Positions 49,453-62,633 of a stretch of DNA of 64,000 nt are shown piece by piece; positions within the stretch are counted from its first letter, which is position 1, and the number at the start of each line of letters is the position of its first letter. The DNA is from Lytechinus pictus. Taxonomy: Eukaryota. A program made the translations under genes and the position numbers. The notes under the pieces were generated by a model, which was not told the origin of the DNA, did not search any database, and saw only the letters and a list, made by a program, of their open reading frames with translations. Location of the stretch: NCBI RefSeq assembly GCF_037042905.1, contig NC_087250.1:10728001-10792000 (forward strand), read 5' to 3'.

Positions 49453-52400
49453 CAGTGCCGGCCGCGGGAAACGTCACAGTGCCCCCTAGGGCGAACGCGG
49501 TAGCCCGTAGCGGACATTTGAGGGGAGCGGACGAGGGAAGACGCCCGCGTCCGCTCCCCTAGGGCATGAGTGCCCTAGGGGAGTGCCCGAGGATAGTGCC
49601 CGCGTCTATCCTAGGGTGTTTCCCTAGGATGTTCGGCCGTGCATTCTTGGTCGAAAGAGGAGGTCTGATTTGACACATTCGTTCAAGACTGCATGTGATT
49701 TTATCTTATATCAAGCATAAGTTTTCGATAATTTATTGTGGATAAAATCTGTTATGAAAATTACAAAATTTTGGGTTGATAACTGGGATTTTAGGCTTTT
49801 CACCGAATTACTTATTGTGTTCGATTACACACTGGCACCAGCGTAAAGGGTCCTTTCCTATACATGTATATGAATTTTCTCCCGTGGTGTCCGTTATTTC
49901 ATTCACTGACTTGGTTAGTCGTGATCGTAAATGAGTTTCTGACGAAGGAGCAGGTATTTGTCGATGTTGACCCTACATTCCAGAGGTCGTCCTAGAACTA
50001 TTTACTTTATTCTTTCCCTACATGGTCATCCTTTTTTATATACCCTGACATGCCTTTCAGGCGCGGATCTACGAGATGCAGATAAAAGGGAGAAGAAGAA
50101 AGCAAAAATGAAGGGATGGATTGAAGACGAGAAGGAAAGAGATAAGATAAATAGAAAAAGTGAGAGAAGGGGAAAGGGGAGAAAGAGAAAATAGAGCGGG
50201 GGGGGGGGGGGGGGGGAGGAGAAAGAGGGAGAGGGGGTAAAGAAAATAAATAAGGAAAATGTGAAATGGAGAAGAAAACAGAGGGGATAAAAAAGGGAAG
50301 GTGAGGCAGAAAGAAAAGAGGGAAAAGGAGAAAAGGAAAATAGATTGAAAATCGAAGTGGAGAAGAAGATACAAAGGAAGAAAAGGAAGGACAGAATGAG
50401 AAAGAGAGAATGATAAGGAGGGGGAAATTAAATAAAATGAAGAAGGGAGACATAATAAAATGGAGTAAAAAAGAGAGAAAGGGAAGAGAAGGAAGGGCGC
50501 AGGAAAAGGTAAGAAGTACAGGGGACAATAGAAGTGGGACTTAAGAAAAAGTAGAGGAAAAGAGAGATAGTGGGAAGAAAAATTTGGGAATTTGTCCAGA
50601 TTTTCATGTCAGAAAATACGTTAGTAATTCGCATTTGCCCATTTTTACGCTGATGACAAGTATTGAACATTCTTGCGCTTAATCTTGTAATTATTTTCTC
50701 TCACCATGCTCACAATTTCCTGCTCTCGTTGCATCAATTAAAAACTTATCCCGAATTTACATCCGCTCATTCACGAAAGAAGAAAGAAAAATGAAAGAAA
50801 AAGGCAAATACGAAGGGATGGAGGGAAAATGAGAAGGAAATAGAAGAAGTGAGAGAAGCAGAAGGGAGCGAAGAAACGAAGGGAAGAAAGAGAAAATAGA
50901 GGGGGCTTATTGTTTCGTGGTAATATGGATACCATATAGTTATGCAGTACTTAGTTATGAAATTTGTTTTACTCAGTAATGCTCACGCGTGATGATTAAA
51001 AGGATTTTCGACTATATAAAGGTGAACCGGGACGGGGCTTTCATTCTTTAACTTGGCTTGACTGACTCCTTTGTTCCCCCAAAAGAATTGTTAGGTTTGA
51101 TAGTTAGCGTTTGCGTGAGCACCCACCAAAACTCTTTACAAAAGAAGAGAATGGTTTGTATAGCTGCTCCATTCTTGCTTTGTCGGCAAGTGATAATTAA
51201 CTCGTTAAGTACCCATTCCACACACTACGTCATAGTCGCTTTCGAAAACATACTTTTACTAGGGTATGTGTTTAAACATTGAAGCTAAATGCGCAAGAAT
51301 TTTTCTAAATAGTTACATTATGTAAATAGCTTTTGTTGCTTTGCTCTGAAGCGCATTGAGCATCCAATCAAGATGGAAAGTGCGCCTTACAAATGCCATG
51401 TATTATTATTTTTAGCTGCCATATAACACTGAATTCTGTATTATACCAAATTGTGACTTGGTTTTATCATTTCCATTTCATATAACAAAGTATATTTCTT
51501 CATCCTCATTTATTATTTCCACCACTTTCATCTCTTCCTAATTCGAATATCTACCAATGTAACTTAAAAACCGCAATAGAGTGCAGGTAATGTGATCAGA
51601 TGTTTTAGCAAAAAGATAAATCTGTTTTATCTGTTACATTTAGGTAAATTTATACTTTTTATAGGGTGAGGGTTTTAGAGACCCGATTTGAACCGAAATG
51701 AAAATAACATCCTCATTTATTGTTGTTAACGCATCAACAAATTAATCCCCCCCCCCATTTCTATGAACATCCTGTCATAAATTGGGAAGCGGATGTGATC
51801 AAAGGAGATCAAAGGTGTGGGCGGGGAGCAAGACTCTACCAGACTGTTGACAATAACAAAAGAACCAAATAACAAATCGATGAGCACAACCAGTTTTGCT
51901 GGTGTTCGCTTTTTGCACGTCTACTTTGTATGATCTTGGTCATACTAGTATTCGTTTTCACGTACCTTTCATTCCCTTTATTAGGGTTTTATCAACCATG
52001 TCAACGAATTGACGATCCCAATATTGACCGCACGTTTGTTATAACATAATGAGAATTCGCAAATGCCCTTGATATTCATAATTCTGTTTTATTTTAAGTT
52101 TGTTATTAATGTTTGTTAACAATCACTCTGTTAATAACTAATAACTAAATCAAGTCTGCTTATTAATGTCTTTTGTCTATTTTAATTATTTTTTGTTGTT
52201 GATATGCCTTTCTTTCTTCTTTTCTGATTCCACCTTGTGCACCCCGTTAAAACTCAAGGAAGAATGTTTCAAATGTTTTCTAGTTCTTACACTGTTCATA
52301 ATAAGGAGATGGGATTTGGTGTAAAGTTCACGCTGAAGGGAGAGGAATGGGTACGTATGGAGAGAGAAAAAAACTTATCACAAAAGATAAAGAATTGATC

Positions 52401-53415
52401 TCCATGACATTAAATCACAATTGTGTCCTATTTTTTAAACAAATTTGTATGATACATATGCCTCCCACGTAAGGCGTAAGGAAAATAAGTTTACCTAATG
52501 CATCAAATTAGATTAATTAATTAGATTCATTGCGGTAAATGAAAAACAATAAATTCGATGTTCCAGCAAGGGTGACCAGATTTTACAAAATTAAATACGG
52601 GAAATCAACAAAGCACTACGTACCATCGGATCGACCGAGCCAGGCCAAAAAATCAACAAAAATGCTACACAATGTTAGACTTGTTAACAAAATATATTAA
52701 GAAAGGGGAAGGGAGGGTGAGCGGAAGAAACAAAAGAGAAAGAAAATTAGGAAACAAGAAATGAATTGAGAGGAAAGAAAAAAAATAAGGAAAAATTAAA
52801 AGGAAAAAAGTTTGAATAAAAGGATGAAAGAAAGAATAAAAGACAGATAACAGTTTCCGTCATTACTTGAAATGAATAAAGAAAGAAAGAATTAAAATAA
52901 AGGAAGGGAAGATGAATAAATGTGGAGAAAAAAAACATAAGGAGGGAAAAGAGAAAAGTAAGAAAAATTGAGGAAAAGAGAAAGAAAGAAAGAAAAAGAA
53001 TTCCTTCATTATTTGAAAGAAACCGTAGACAGAAGAAAACATGAAGGAAGGAAGAAAGGAAAGAGGGAATAAGGGAAAAGAATTAAAAGGGAAAACAGAA
53101 ATGAAAAAATGAAAGAAAAGATAACAAATAACATCTATTAAAAAAATCTAAAATAGATTCTGATCACGCTAGTTTAAAAATATAATGGTCTATCACAACA
53201 TAACCAGAGTACATGCACATGTAAACATAATGCAATGTACGTACCCTAGGGTACCCGAGGATAAGTGCGGGCACGGCCAATATTATATAGCACGCAGGAA
53301 ATTGCGGGCGCGGCTAAACACCCTAGGGGGCTCCCCTTGAATACCCTCGGTTAGACGCAAAAGCCCCCTAGGGTGTTTGCGTGCTCGGGCGTGACGTTTC
53401 CTGCGGCCGGCACTG
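49453..53415. mobile_element. Tc1/mariner-like non-autonomous element
   Basis: TA|CAGTGCCGGCCGCGGGAAACGTCAC ... GTGACGTTTCCTGCGGCCGGCACTG|TA; subterminal CCCTAGGG repeats at both ends. Confidence 0.85.
50080..50590. repeat. Polypurine (GA-rich) low-complexity tract
   Basis: Almost purine-only top strand; similar tracts at ~50770-50900 and ~52700-53130. Confidence 0.8.
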
Positions 53416-54477
53416 TACTTCTATGGGCAGAGCAAAGGCGAATGTGCGAAGACATTCAGCTCGGAATTGACCAATGACCGAGCGGTACGATGTTCCTCAC
53501 CCAACACTACTCGCCCATTCGCTATTGTTACATGAATATTCATGAGCTATCGATCAGGTCTTTTGCAGGCCTGTATGGTAGTATTCTTGTGTCAAGGCTT
53601 TTTTCTGCCTGCAAATGTGCACGGTTTGGGGATTTTTTTTTTTTGGGGGGGGGGCGGGAGAAAGGTCTTATACATTGTTTTTAGCATTGTCACAAAATTG
53701 TTCTCGTTATAAATATATTAGTAAAGAAGCCTGTCATTTCCAACTCTCGTCTGCGCACTGCAATCATCACACTCATTATTTATTTATTCATTTATTATTG
53801 TTATTAATATTATCATTATTAGTATTAGTTGAGAACACCAATGATTGATGCAATTTAATGTGTATAATTCTACATGTTTGTTACGTAACATTTATATTTA
53901 TATTTTATTTCTGATTGTAAGCGCTGTGATACTTTTTGTGTATAAATAACCATTATTATTATTATTATTATTATAATTATTATTATCATTATTGTTATTG
54001 TTATTGTTATTATAATTATTATTATCATTATTCTTCTCTTTCACCTTCTTTTTAGTATAAAAGGGATGGTCCCGGCTGAAAGTATTTATAGTTTTATATA
54101 CAAAGCAGAATTCACTGAGCAAAATACCGAAATTTTCATCAAAATCGGCTAACAAATAACAAAGTTATTGAATTTCAAAGTTTAGTAATATTTTGTGAAA
54201 ACAGTCATAAATATTATAATTATATATTATGTCATAAAATGATTGTAATCATATCAATTTCATTTCCGCTGCAGCCAAACTCTCTCTTCATAAACTTAAG
54301 ATCAGGTAAATAATGGTTCATATTCGTTTGTGTTTTTATAGCCCATACCATTATAAAAAAGAATTATTGATATTGTTACGCTTATTAATATCATATTTAA
54401 ACTTCTCACAAAAATATTAATTGTTCAATTTTCTCCTCGAATAAAATAGGACGAAGAAAAAAGAGAGTGATAATTAA

Positions 54478-54760
54478 CCCTTTGCGTGCGGGCCCGCGAA
54501 TCCCGATACCTCTCCCTGCGGCGGAGCCGTTTTGGTACATTGCTGGTATTTGGATCTGTGGCGGTGTTTTCCGAATCAATTGCTAATTGCGCCAAACTAA
54601 AGTATTTTCAGGATTTTTAGTAAATGTAAATATGAAAGAGCAGACATTTTTTTCTTTCTAGAAACAAAGGTATTGCTTCTCAAATCAACAGAATAGTTAA
54701 GAAATTTACGAGGAAAAAGTCGTGTTATTTTGTAAAATCTTCGCTTTTCCCCAAGTCATG
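54478..54760. mobile_element. Left end of a second piggyBac-like element
   Basis: TTAA|CCCTTTGCGTGCGG terminus; matching right end not identified. Confidence 0.4.
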
Positions 54761-57700
54761 ATGACCGTTTTGATAGATTTAATTGTGACATACTTAATTT
54801 TTTAGAATAGGACCTCCCGCCTTCGGCACATATACGTTGGAATTATGGAATTCATAAATGGCTCATTATAACCATATTCACTTTATGCCAGCAAAAAGAT
54901 GATGGGTAAATTCCCCTACACGCTGAGCTCTTATGTCAAATGTGATATCATTATACTACTAAATGAAAAAAAAAATGGATCAAGAAAATTTGATAACAAC
55001 ACCAAATTACGTACCAATTTTGGTGGAAAAAATAAGCATCAAATTTGCATCAGTTACGGAAAGAAACCTAAATATTATTTTGATATTCAACAAAATATAT
55101 GATGTCAATGTGGCAAGGGCGAAATAAAAAGTATGATGTGTGTAAGGAAGAAAAACAAGAGAAAATGGGAGTGAGCGAATCAAGCGAGTAAACGCACTTT
55201 TCATGATCTTTTCACTTTTCATAATTCTGTGAATGTCAATTCCGTGAATTCTGTGAATGTCATGCATTTTCCGTAATGCTTTTTTTATTCTTCCTCATTT
55301 GTTTTATTAGCGAGAAATAATTTATATCAATCAATGCATAATTTCTTCCGATGTTCCGCTTTCTTTTGTTTCTCCCTTTTTGCCAGCAAAAAGATAATGG
55401 GTATATTCCCCTACACGCTGAGCTCATATGGCAAATCTGGAAGCATAAACTGGATTACTACTAAATGGAAAAAAAATATATATCAAGCAAATTTAATAAT
55501 TGGAAATGTAAATTGTACTAACATATCGAGTATGTTGATTGTGCATAAGTCCTACTGCATGAATATTGACAATGCACGGTATAAAGAAATTTAGTGGTGT
55601 CACTTATATATCATTTGAACAGCAAATAATGTCCATTTAACTTATTATTTCAGGGAAGGGGAAGTAAAAATAATCCTTACTAGATTGATATTTTAATGAC
55701 GGGGTAATTATAAATATCACAAATAAAGAGGTGTAGAAAATATAATTTCTGATATTGTCGAAAGCAATATCTTACTTTTCTGATAGATGATCAATTACAA
55801 ACATATTATTTGAATAAACAATCGTAAGGTTCAACAATTTATAAAGATCTAAATTTCTACAAATTGTTAGTAATTTCTACCTTCACACCCCATTGCTTCG
55901 TTATTTATGTTCCCTCTTTTATCTTTCAATTTCCTGTATTTTTGATTTGTCAAGGATTATATAGCCTATACATTTCTTCAATCTTAAATCTTATCTTTAT
56001 CCTTTATTTCTAAATTTGCAAAATAGGCTTCAGCTACAAGTTAATTAAATTATTTTAAACTATTTGTTTTTCTTTATGCTTTTGATAAGTGGAAGTAACA
56101 ATGCCAGTGTTTGTGCTGGTGGTCGTGGTGGTGGAGGTGTGCTGTTTCCCCGTGATTTCATTCTCAACATTATCCATGCCATCTTTACCATCATCACTAT
56201 CATCATCATCATCATTTAGATTACAGGAAATTTGACGCATATTGTCGATGCTAAATGTCTTAAAGTCGAAACAGTGTTGGGGAAAGAGACAGAGGAATCT
56301 TAATCTTGATCTCAACGGAGAGAAAAGCTATTGTGCGTATCGGAACCTTTGAAAGTATTCAATTGTCAAATCAAAAGACGCGCGCGTGGCACGATTTCTA
56401 TGAACATCCTGTGCTAAATTGCTCTCCTCGATAATAGGTCAGGAGGGAGTGCGGATTAGACATTCCTCATGAAAGAGAGTCTGGGGATCTATTGTTCATG
56501 ACTTGGTGGAATGAACAATAAAAATGCAGTCGCTATCAGACAGGTGGCTACTTTGCTCGCTTGCGGAATGAATGAAGCCTAAAGTTTGAAAATAATCAAT
56601 TATTCAAAGACATAATATGCAATGGGGCCCTTTTTTTGTCTAAAATTTCCATTATATTTTCATATTCATATTGCATTATATTATCCACACGAAAAAGAAT
56701 ATCCGGCATGTATTGTCCATTCCTTGGCATGTACGAGATGCATAGTTGGCCCAGATTACAGTCTGTAAATTGTCAGAATACCAGTATTATAATGACTGTA
56801 ATCACAAAATTCTAATTGCGTAATTATTCATTATGTTTATCTTAATTTTGGTTACCCTGGAAGCCGCGGGGGGGGGGGGGGGTCTCTTACTTCAAAACGG
56901 CTCAACATTAACATTTTTTGACAGTTTAAAAATGAGTGTTCACAAATATCAACGTTCATAATATTTTAATACTTTGCCAAAAACGCCCATATTATTTTGT
57001 GGGATTTTACACCCCAAACCTGTTAGTATTGAATCTGTCCGATCCCTCTTTATCTATATTTCAATATATCATCTTTAGTTTTCTATATTTTGTCTCCTTC
57101 TGACTGGCAATAACTTTGTTACAGTCGAAAGCCCGTATAGTATGTACGACGAATCGACCCTGACAAAATATGGCCAAACTTTTCACTGATTCATGCTTTA
57201 GAACGATAGTTGAGTGGGTCGCAAATGTTTGTTGCCGACACTGGATAGAAATCGCCTACATTATCCAAAACAGTATATAGTTGAGTGCATCGCACACCAC
57301 AACTCGTATCCAGGTTACGATTTTTCTAAAACATGTTTTGCATTACGACAATATTGACAAGAATTGAAATGACATAAAATTTACACTGCGCTAATAATTT
57401 TGTTTCCCCAATAGCGGTAGTTTCGGAATACCGCGCATTCTGAAAAATTACAGGGTCTTGTTTTGAAGACTACACGAATGTAAGGGTACGGTTGGCTGCA
57501 CTGTGAAGATACATGGCTCCAATATATTATTGTGTGTGTTTGCGTGGGGATCGCAGCTGTGCTGTGATTGGTCACTTGATCGACGACAATGCCCTTTTTT
57601 GGAAAGGTCGGTTTCAATTTCGTGTGTATAAACCCTCTCACATTTCAGAGGAAATAACTTGAATAGCAAAATAGTATTTCATTAAAAAGAGCATTATTTT

Positions 57701-59215
57701 TCATATTTCTGTTTGTTCAATTTCATCAATAGATACGTCATTTGAAAGGGTAAACATTGAACTTTCATTTTATCCTCTTAATTTTTTGGTATCTCTATAA
57801 TTACTGAGGTTATTTACTCTTTGAAATGTTCATGAAATCATAATTTTCTATGTTTTACTTATTGAAAAAAAACGATGTAAAATATTTCATCTTTTCTCAA
57901 TTTTTCCGATTGCAAATATGAAAGGTCATAACATGATCATAAAGTTCATGAACCATGCATCATTTCATATGTAGAAGGTTTCATTATACAACGTACGGGT
58001 GAAGAGATATGACCGTTTTAAAATCGGTCTCTGCTTACGTTTCGGTCAATTTAGGATTCCCTCGAATATCCCTGGCACTAGAGGGGTATTGGGCATGGCA
58101 TAGTAAGAGTTAAATGACTACTGGTGCATACAAATAGGCATAGTTTATTTGATGTCTGCCATGGAGATCAAGAATTTGGTGTTTAAACCGTGGTTTAAAT
58201 AGCCAAATGATATATTCGAACTAGTTACAAAGACAGTAAGTGGTTCAGTGTTTCAAACAAAATCTGAGATGATTAAACAAAGGAGTCTAAAATAACTGTT
58301 GTAATTGAAAAATTGACATGGTTCATTAAAAAATCAACCTGGGAGATATGATTTTGGTGTCTAAACTATAGTGTAGATTGTCAAATAATACTCTAGGACA
58401 ACATTAATTGGTTCAGTATGTACAAAAATCGAAGATGGCTTCTAAAAAATTGAGTCCGAAATGGATTATGTTGGAAAAATTGAATAAACATCTACCTGGA
58501 ATATATAATGTTGGTGTTTAAACCATGAATTAAAGAGCCAAATTATAAATTGGGACAAGTTACAAGTACAGTCAGTGGTCAAGTATTAAAAAAAACAATT
58601 GAAGATGGCTTCTAAATAATAGAGTCTAAATTGACTATTGTTATCGAAAAAAATGACACAGTTCGTTAAAAATCCACCTGATAGATATGATTGTGGTGTC
58701 TATACTACTGGCGGATCCAGCCCCTCCCCTTCCCCTCTTGAAAGTGAAGACATTTTTCTTTTTATTTATTTATTTTTTGGCTTGTCAATTTTTTACGTTA
58801 ACCAAATTGAAATTTAAACCATTGAAACTATAGTGTAGACACCAACATAATCTCAGGCGGATATAAATTGAACTTTTATTTTGAAAGTAACAGCAGCCAT
58901 TTTAGAATCCACTTTTGGAAGCCGTGATCGACCTTTGAATAAATAGCTCACTGCCCTTTTAAAATGTCTGAATGTATTTTTTTACCCTTTTTTTACCATG
59001 GTTTAGACACAACGAATTCATCTCCCAGCCATACATTAAATGGAATATTTAAATTAGAATGTAGCAACAGCCATTTTAGACTACATTTTTCGAAACCGTC
59101 TTTGATTTTCGGACAAAGTGGATAACTGACTGTCCTTCGAATCTGTTCTAGAGTATTTTTGACCCTCTAAGCCATGGTTTAAACACCAAAATCTTATTTC
59201 CCAGACAGATATTAA

Positions 59216-59814
59216 AGGACAAGTCCACCCCAACAAAAACTTGAGTTGAATAAAAAGAGAAAAATTCAACAAGCATAACACTAAAAAATTCATAGAAATC
59301 GGATGTAAAATAAACAAGTTATGACATTCTAAAGTTTCGCTTCATTTCACAAAACAGTTATATGTTTATCTCGGTCAGTATGCACATGAGGGAACTGGTG
59401 ACATCACTGACTCACTTTTTCTTTTGTATTTTATTATATGAAATATTTTGATTTTCTCGTCATTGTCATGAGAAATGAAGTTTCATTCCTCCCTGAACAC
59501 GTGGAATTCCATTATTTTAACATTTTGTGGTTCAGGCAAGGAGGTCTTAATCGTCAAATTCGTAAAAAAATGAAATGTTGTATAACTCAAACAAAAAAAA
59601 ATAAAAGAAATAGTGAATGAGTGACATCATCGACTCTCTCATTTGGATGTAACTGGCTCGTTCATATAACTATTTTTTTTTCAAAATAAGCGAAAGTTTG
59701 AAATGTCATAACTTTCTTATTTCACATCCGATTTTGATGAAATTTTCAGCATAGTGCTTGTCTGATTTTTATCTATTGATTCAAATCAACAATTTTCTGA
59801 GGTGGACTTGACCT
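59216..59814. mobile_element. Kolobok-like MITE
   Basis: TTAA|AGGACAAGTCCACC ... GGTGGACTTGACCT|TTAA with long imperfect inverted arms. Confidence 0.85.
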
Positions 59815-60205
59815 TTAAATGAACGATGTCATTTTTTTCAGTAACAGCAGCCCATTAGGACTCCATTTTTGAAAGCAAACTTGTTTTTTGGACAAACTGG
59901 ACCACTAACTGTCATTTTGACTTGTCCAGATGTATAATTTGCCCCTTTAAACAATGGTTTAAAAACCAAAATCATATGTTCCAGACCAATATTAAATGAA
60001 CTATGTCCATACGGCCATTTTCGGAAGCTATCTTTGATTTTTGACACATTTGACCACTCTCTGTTCTTGTATCCCGTCGTAATGTATTACTTGAAACTCA
60101 AAATCGTTGAATAGAAAAAAAATTATTACATTATAGTAAGAAATGGATGAATTGTGGACGTTTAGGCTTTCGCGGCCATTGTTGGACTTATAAGCGAATC
60201 GTGCT

Positions 60206-60640
60206 TATAGTGTAACTCGCCGGGTAAGCTCGCGTAAAAGTGTTCTATTGCAAATATAATGTACGAGCGCACAGTGAATGGGGAGTTTATGCGAGAATAT
60301 CGCTTCAATAAAATATTCACGCACAAACACTCTGTATGTTTCTTTTTTCCAACTACTTACTTTTTCTTTTGGGGTGAGGAGTTGTAGTCTGTTCTAGAAA
60401 AAACACATCTTTCTCATCACAAAATAAAAGAGATTTAAGACATATAATAACCTAGTAAAAAACTGCAGCATATTTTTCATTTAGAGCAAATCATAGGCGA
60501 TCGTGTACGTGTGCATGCAGTGGATCCTATGCGTGCATCCGCTGCGTTGGTGTACAAACAAATGGTACCAAACAACACAGAGGCACTGCGCGCACACACT
60601 GGACACATTTTCAATAAGCTACAGAGCGAGTTACACTATA
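60206..60640. mobile_element. MITE
   Basis: TATAGTGTAACTCGC ... GCGAGTTACACTATA inverted ends. Confidence 0.65.
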
Positions 60641-62309
60641 GCAAGAGGTTACAGTTTAAGACCGTAACAGACGTCAACTTGGGTTCCTAGGATTCCTATG
60701 TTCACTCTAACCTGTATCAATACATCGTTTTACCCATTTAAATCATGAAATAAGCACGGACTTTGCATGTCTAGTGTTGATAACGAGTGAGTTATGTCCA
60801 TTTTCTATGAATGGGTGTCATTTTGGAGGCCATCTTGGATTGCGGAAAACCCTCAAAAAAGATGTATGAGGATTTTCAGACATAATACTGGACCTATCCT
60901 GAAAAAAATCAGCTTGTTGCCTCAAATTACCTAATGCTCTTGGCCTAAAGCCATTCTTCTTTTTTTCTGTTTCTGACCACACCCCTTCTGTTCTCGAAGG
61001 AGATGAGGCCAGGTGGTTTTTCGTTAGCCCACCATCGATCGACCCACTTTACACTATGGTCCTTCTTAAGGACCACAGCCAGCTCTCTCTGCTCCAAATT
61101 TGATTCGTTTGCTCCACGAGGAGCCATCTTTATAGCGGTTCATAGGTGCTTCCGCTATAGTTAGATTCAAGAATATAAAAAAAATGCTTTAAAAAATGCG
61201 AAAATTCAGTGAATCCAGTAAAAGTTAAGTATCCTTAACAGTTCAGAGATGAATGGGACACTTTCAATCTTCTTTTGAGAGATGTCATATCTGACACACC
61301 TTATGCACTCTCCACAAAGCAATATTAAGATACAGTATAGCAGCTCCATTTACTATCTTACATCAGCATGATATTATTTATCACTATTATTCATCACGCT
61401 CAATTAGAAGGAAAAAATCTTTACCAGTCCCAAACCACGCACTAAATCATGTCGTCGAATGTTTCCATACGACTGGACCTCGTAATTTAATTCATTTTCT
61501 TCTACTATGAATTTAATAGTAATTCGATAATGATTTCCTAGTATGAAATCATTATCGAATTATAATAGATTTATGAGGGCACCTCATCACCAAATCCTGA
61601 ACACTATTTACCGTGGTGAGAGGGGCTTGGTACTCGGTTTCTACGTGAGGGTGGGGTTGGGGTTGATGCACTTTCTCCCTTTAACTGATGTTGATTTTAT
61701 TGTTACACGCAATTTGTTGATGAATTAAGTTTGTGATATGAATTTCATCTGGTTTGTTTAACTTAATTAAACCCCACGGCAGAAAAATTTAACAACCTTT
61801 CTGCCCGAATGCAACAATGTATATGATTTTTTTTTCCATTTCTCTTTTTAGTGCCTGGTTTCAATAAACAAAATTATGACATGCTGAAAACGGTGTCGGT
61901 GTGTATCAAGTCCTATTGTCCGATGTCTCTCGGGATTACAAGTCACTCGATGACGGTTTTAAAAGCCAACCTATGCATACGGCATTATTTCTGGTTATCG
62001 GAGATCCATTGCCTGCCGTCTCCTGAAGATTTCACTTAAACCGCTGACTATCTGCCCAATCTAGCTCCTCATAAAGAAACTTGGCAAGAAAAAATTGGGA
62101 AAATATTCGTTCTCATATAGAAATCCAGTCCTCCTTCTCATTGGCAGTCAGACCTCTTTCCTTTTGGTTGGCGAAACCCGGATGTTTTCCTCAAACAGCT
62201 AGAAATGTTTCTTCCTAAAATCGCCACCCCCCCCCCCACCAAACACAGACCTAAAATCACACCACCAATAACAAATCTTGTTTGAAGGTTTGCATGGTTG
62301 CATGTACAA

Positions 62310-62565
62310 TCGCTGATGTGGTTTACGGTACACCATGTGGAGTACTATAGAAACAGTGGATAGAAGAAGGGGAAAAAAAAGAAAAAGAAGAAAAAAAAAG
62401 AAAATGGATAGGCGAGAAAGTGGAAGAAAGAATACTCTACTCTCAAATTTTCACTTTCTCGCCTATCCATTTCTTTTTTCTTCTTTCTTCGTTTTCTTTA
62501 TTTTTCTTCTTCTATCCACTGTTTCTATAAAACTCCACATGGTGTACCGCAAAAAACATCAGCGA
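62310..62565. repeat. Long palindrome / fold-back
   Basis: CGGTACACCATGTGGAGT..TATAGAAACAGTGGATAGAAGAA...AAATGGATAGGCGAGAAAGTG pairs with its reverse complement across a ~20-nt loop near 62430. Confidence 0.85.
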
Positions 62566-62633
62566 AAATAATAAATCTGATAGATCACGTTCCCTTCAAC
62601 AAACCGCACGACCAATTCTCGCAACGATGAAAA

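Larger units (their letters stand above)
49123..58109. mobile_element. piggyBac-like non-autonomous element
   Basis: TTAA|CTCTTTAAATGCC...CCCTCTAATGCCA and TGGCACTAGAGGG...GGCATAGTAAGAG|TTAA; removal restores a host ~180-bp repeat unit. Confidence 0.65.
48669..60947. mobile_element. Large Academ-like long-TIR element with nested insertions
   Basis: Termini TAGGCCAAGAGCATT and AATGCTCTTGGCCTA; diverged arms 48669-48850 vs 60765-60947; internal ~180-bp repeats in opposed arrays; flanks AAA/AAG (imperfect 3-bp TSD). Confidence 0.7.

Noticed and set aside
49958..50670. Hydrophobic or charged ORFs (also 11203-11795 and 52747-52938)
   Set aside because: They are artefacts of GA/CT low-complexity tracts.
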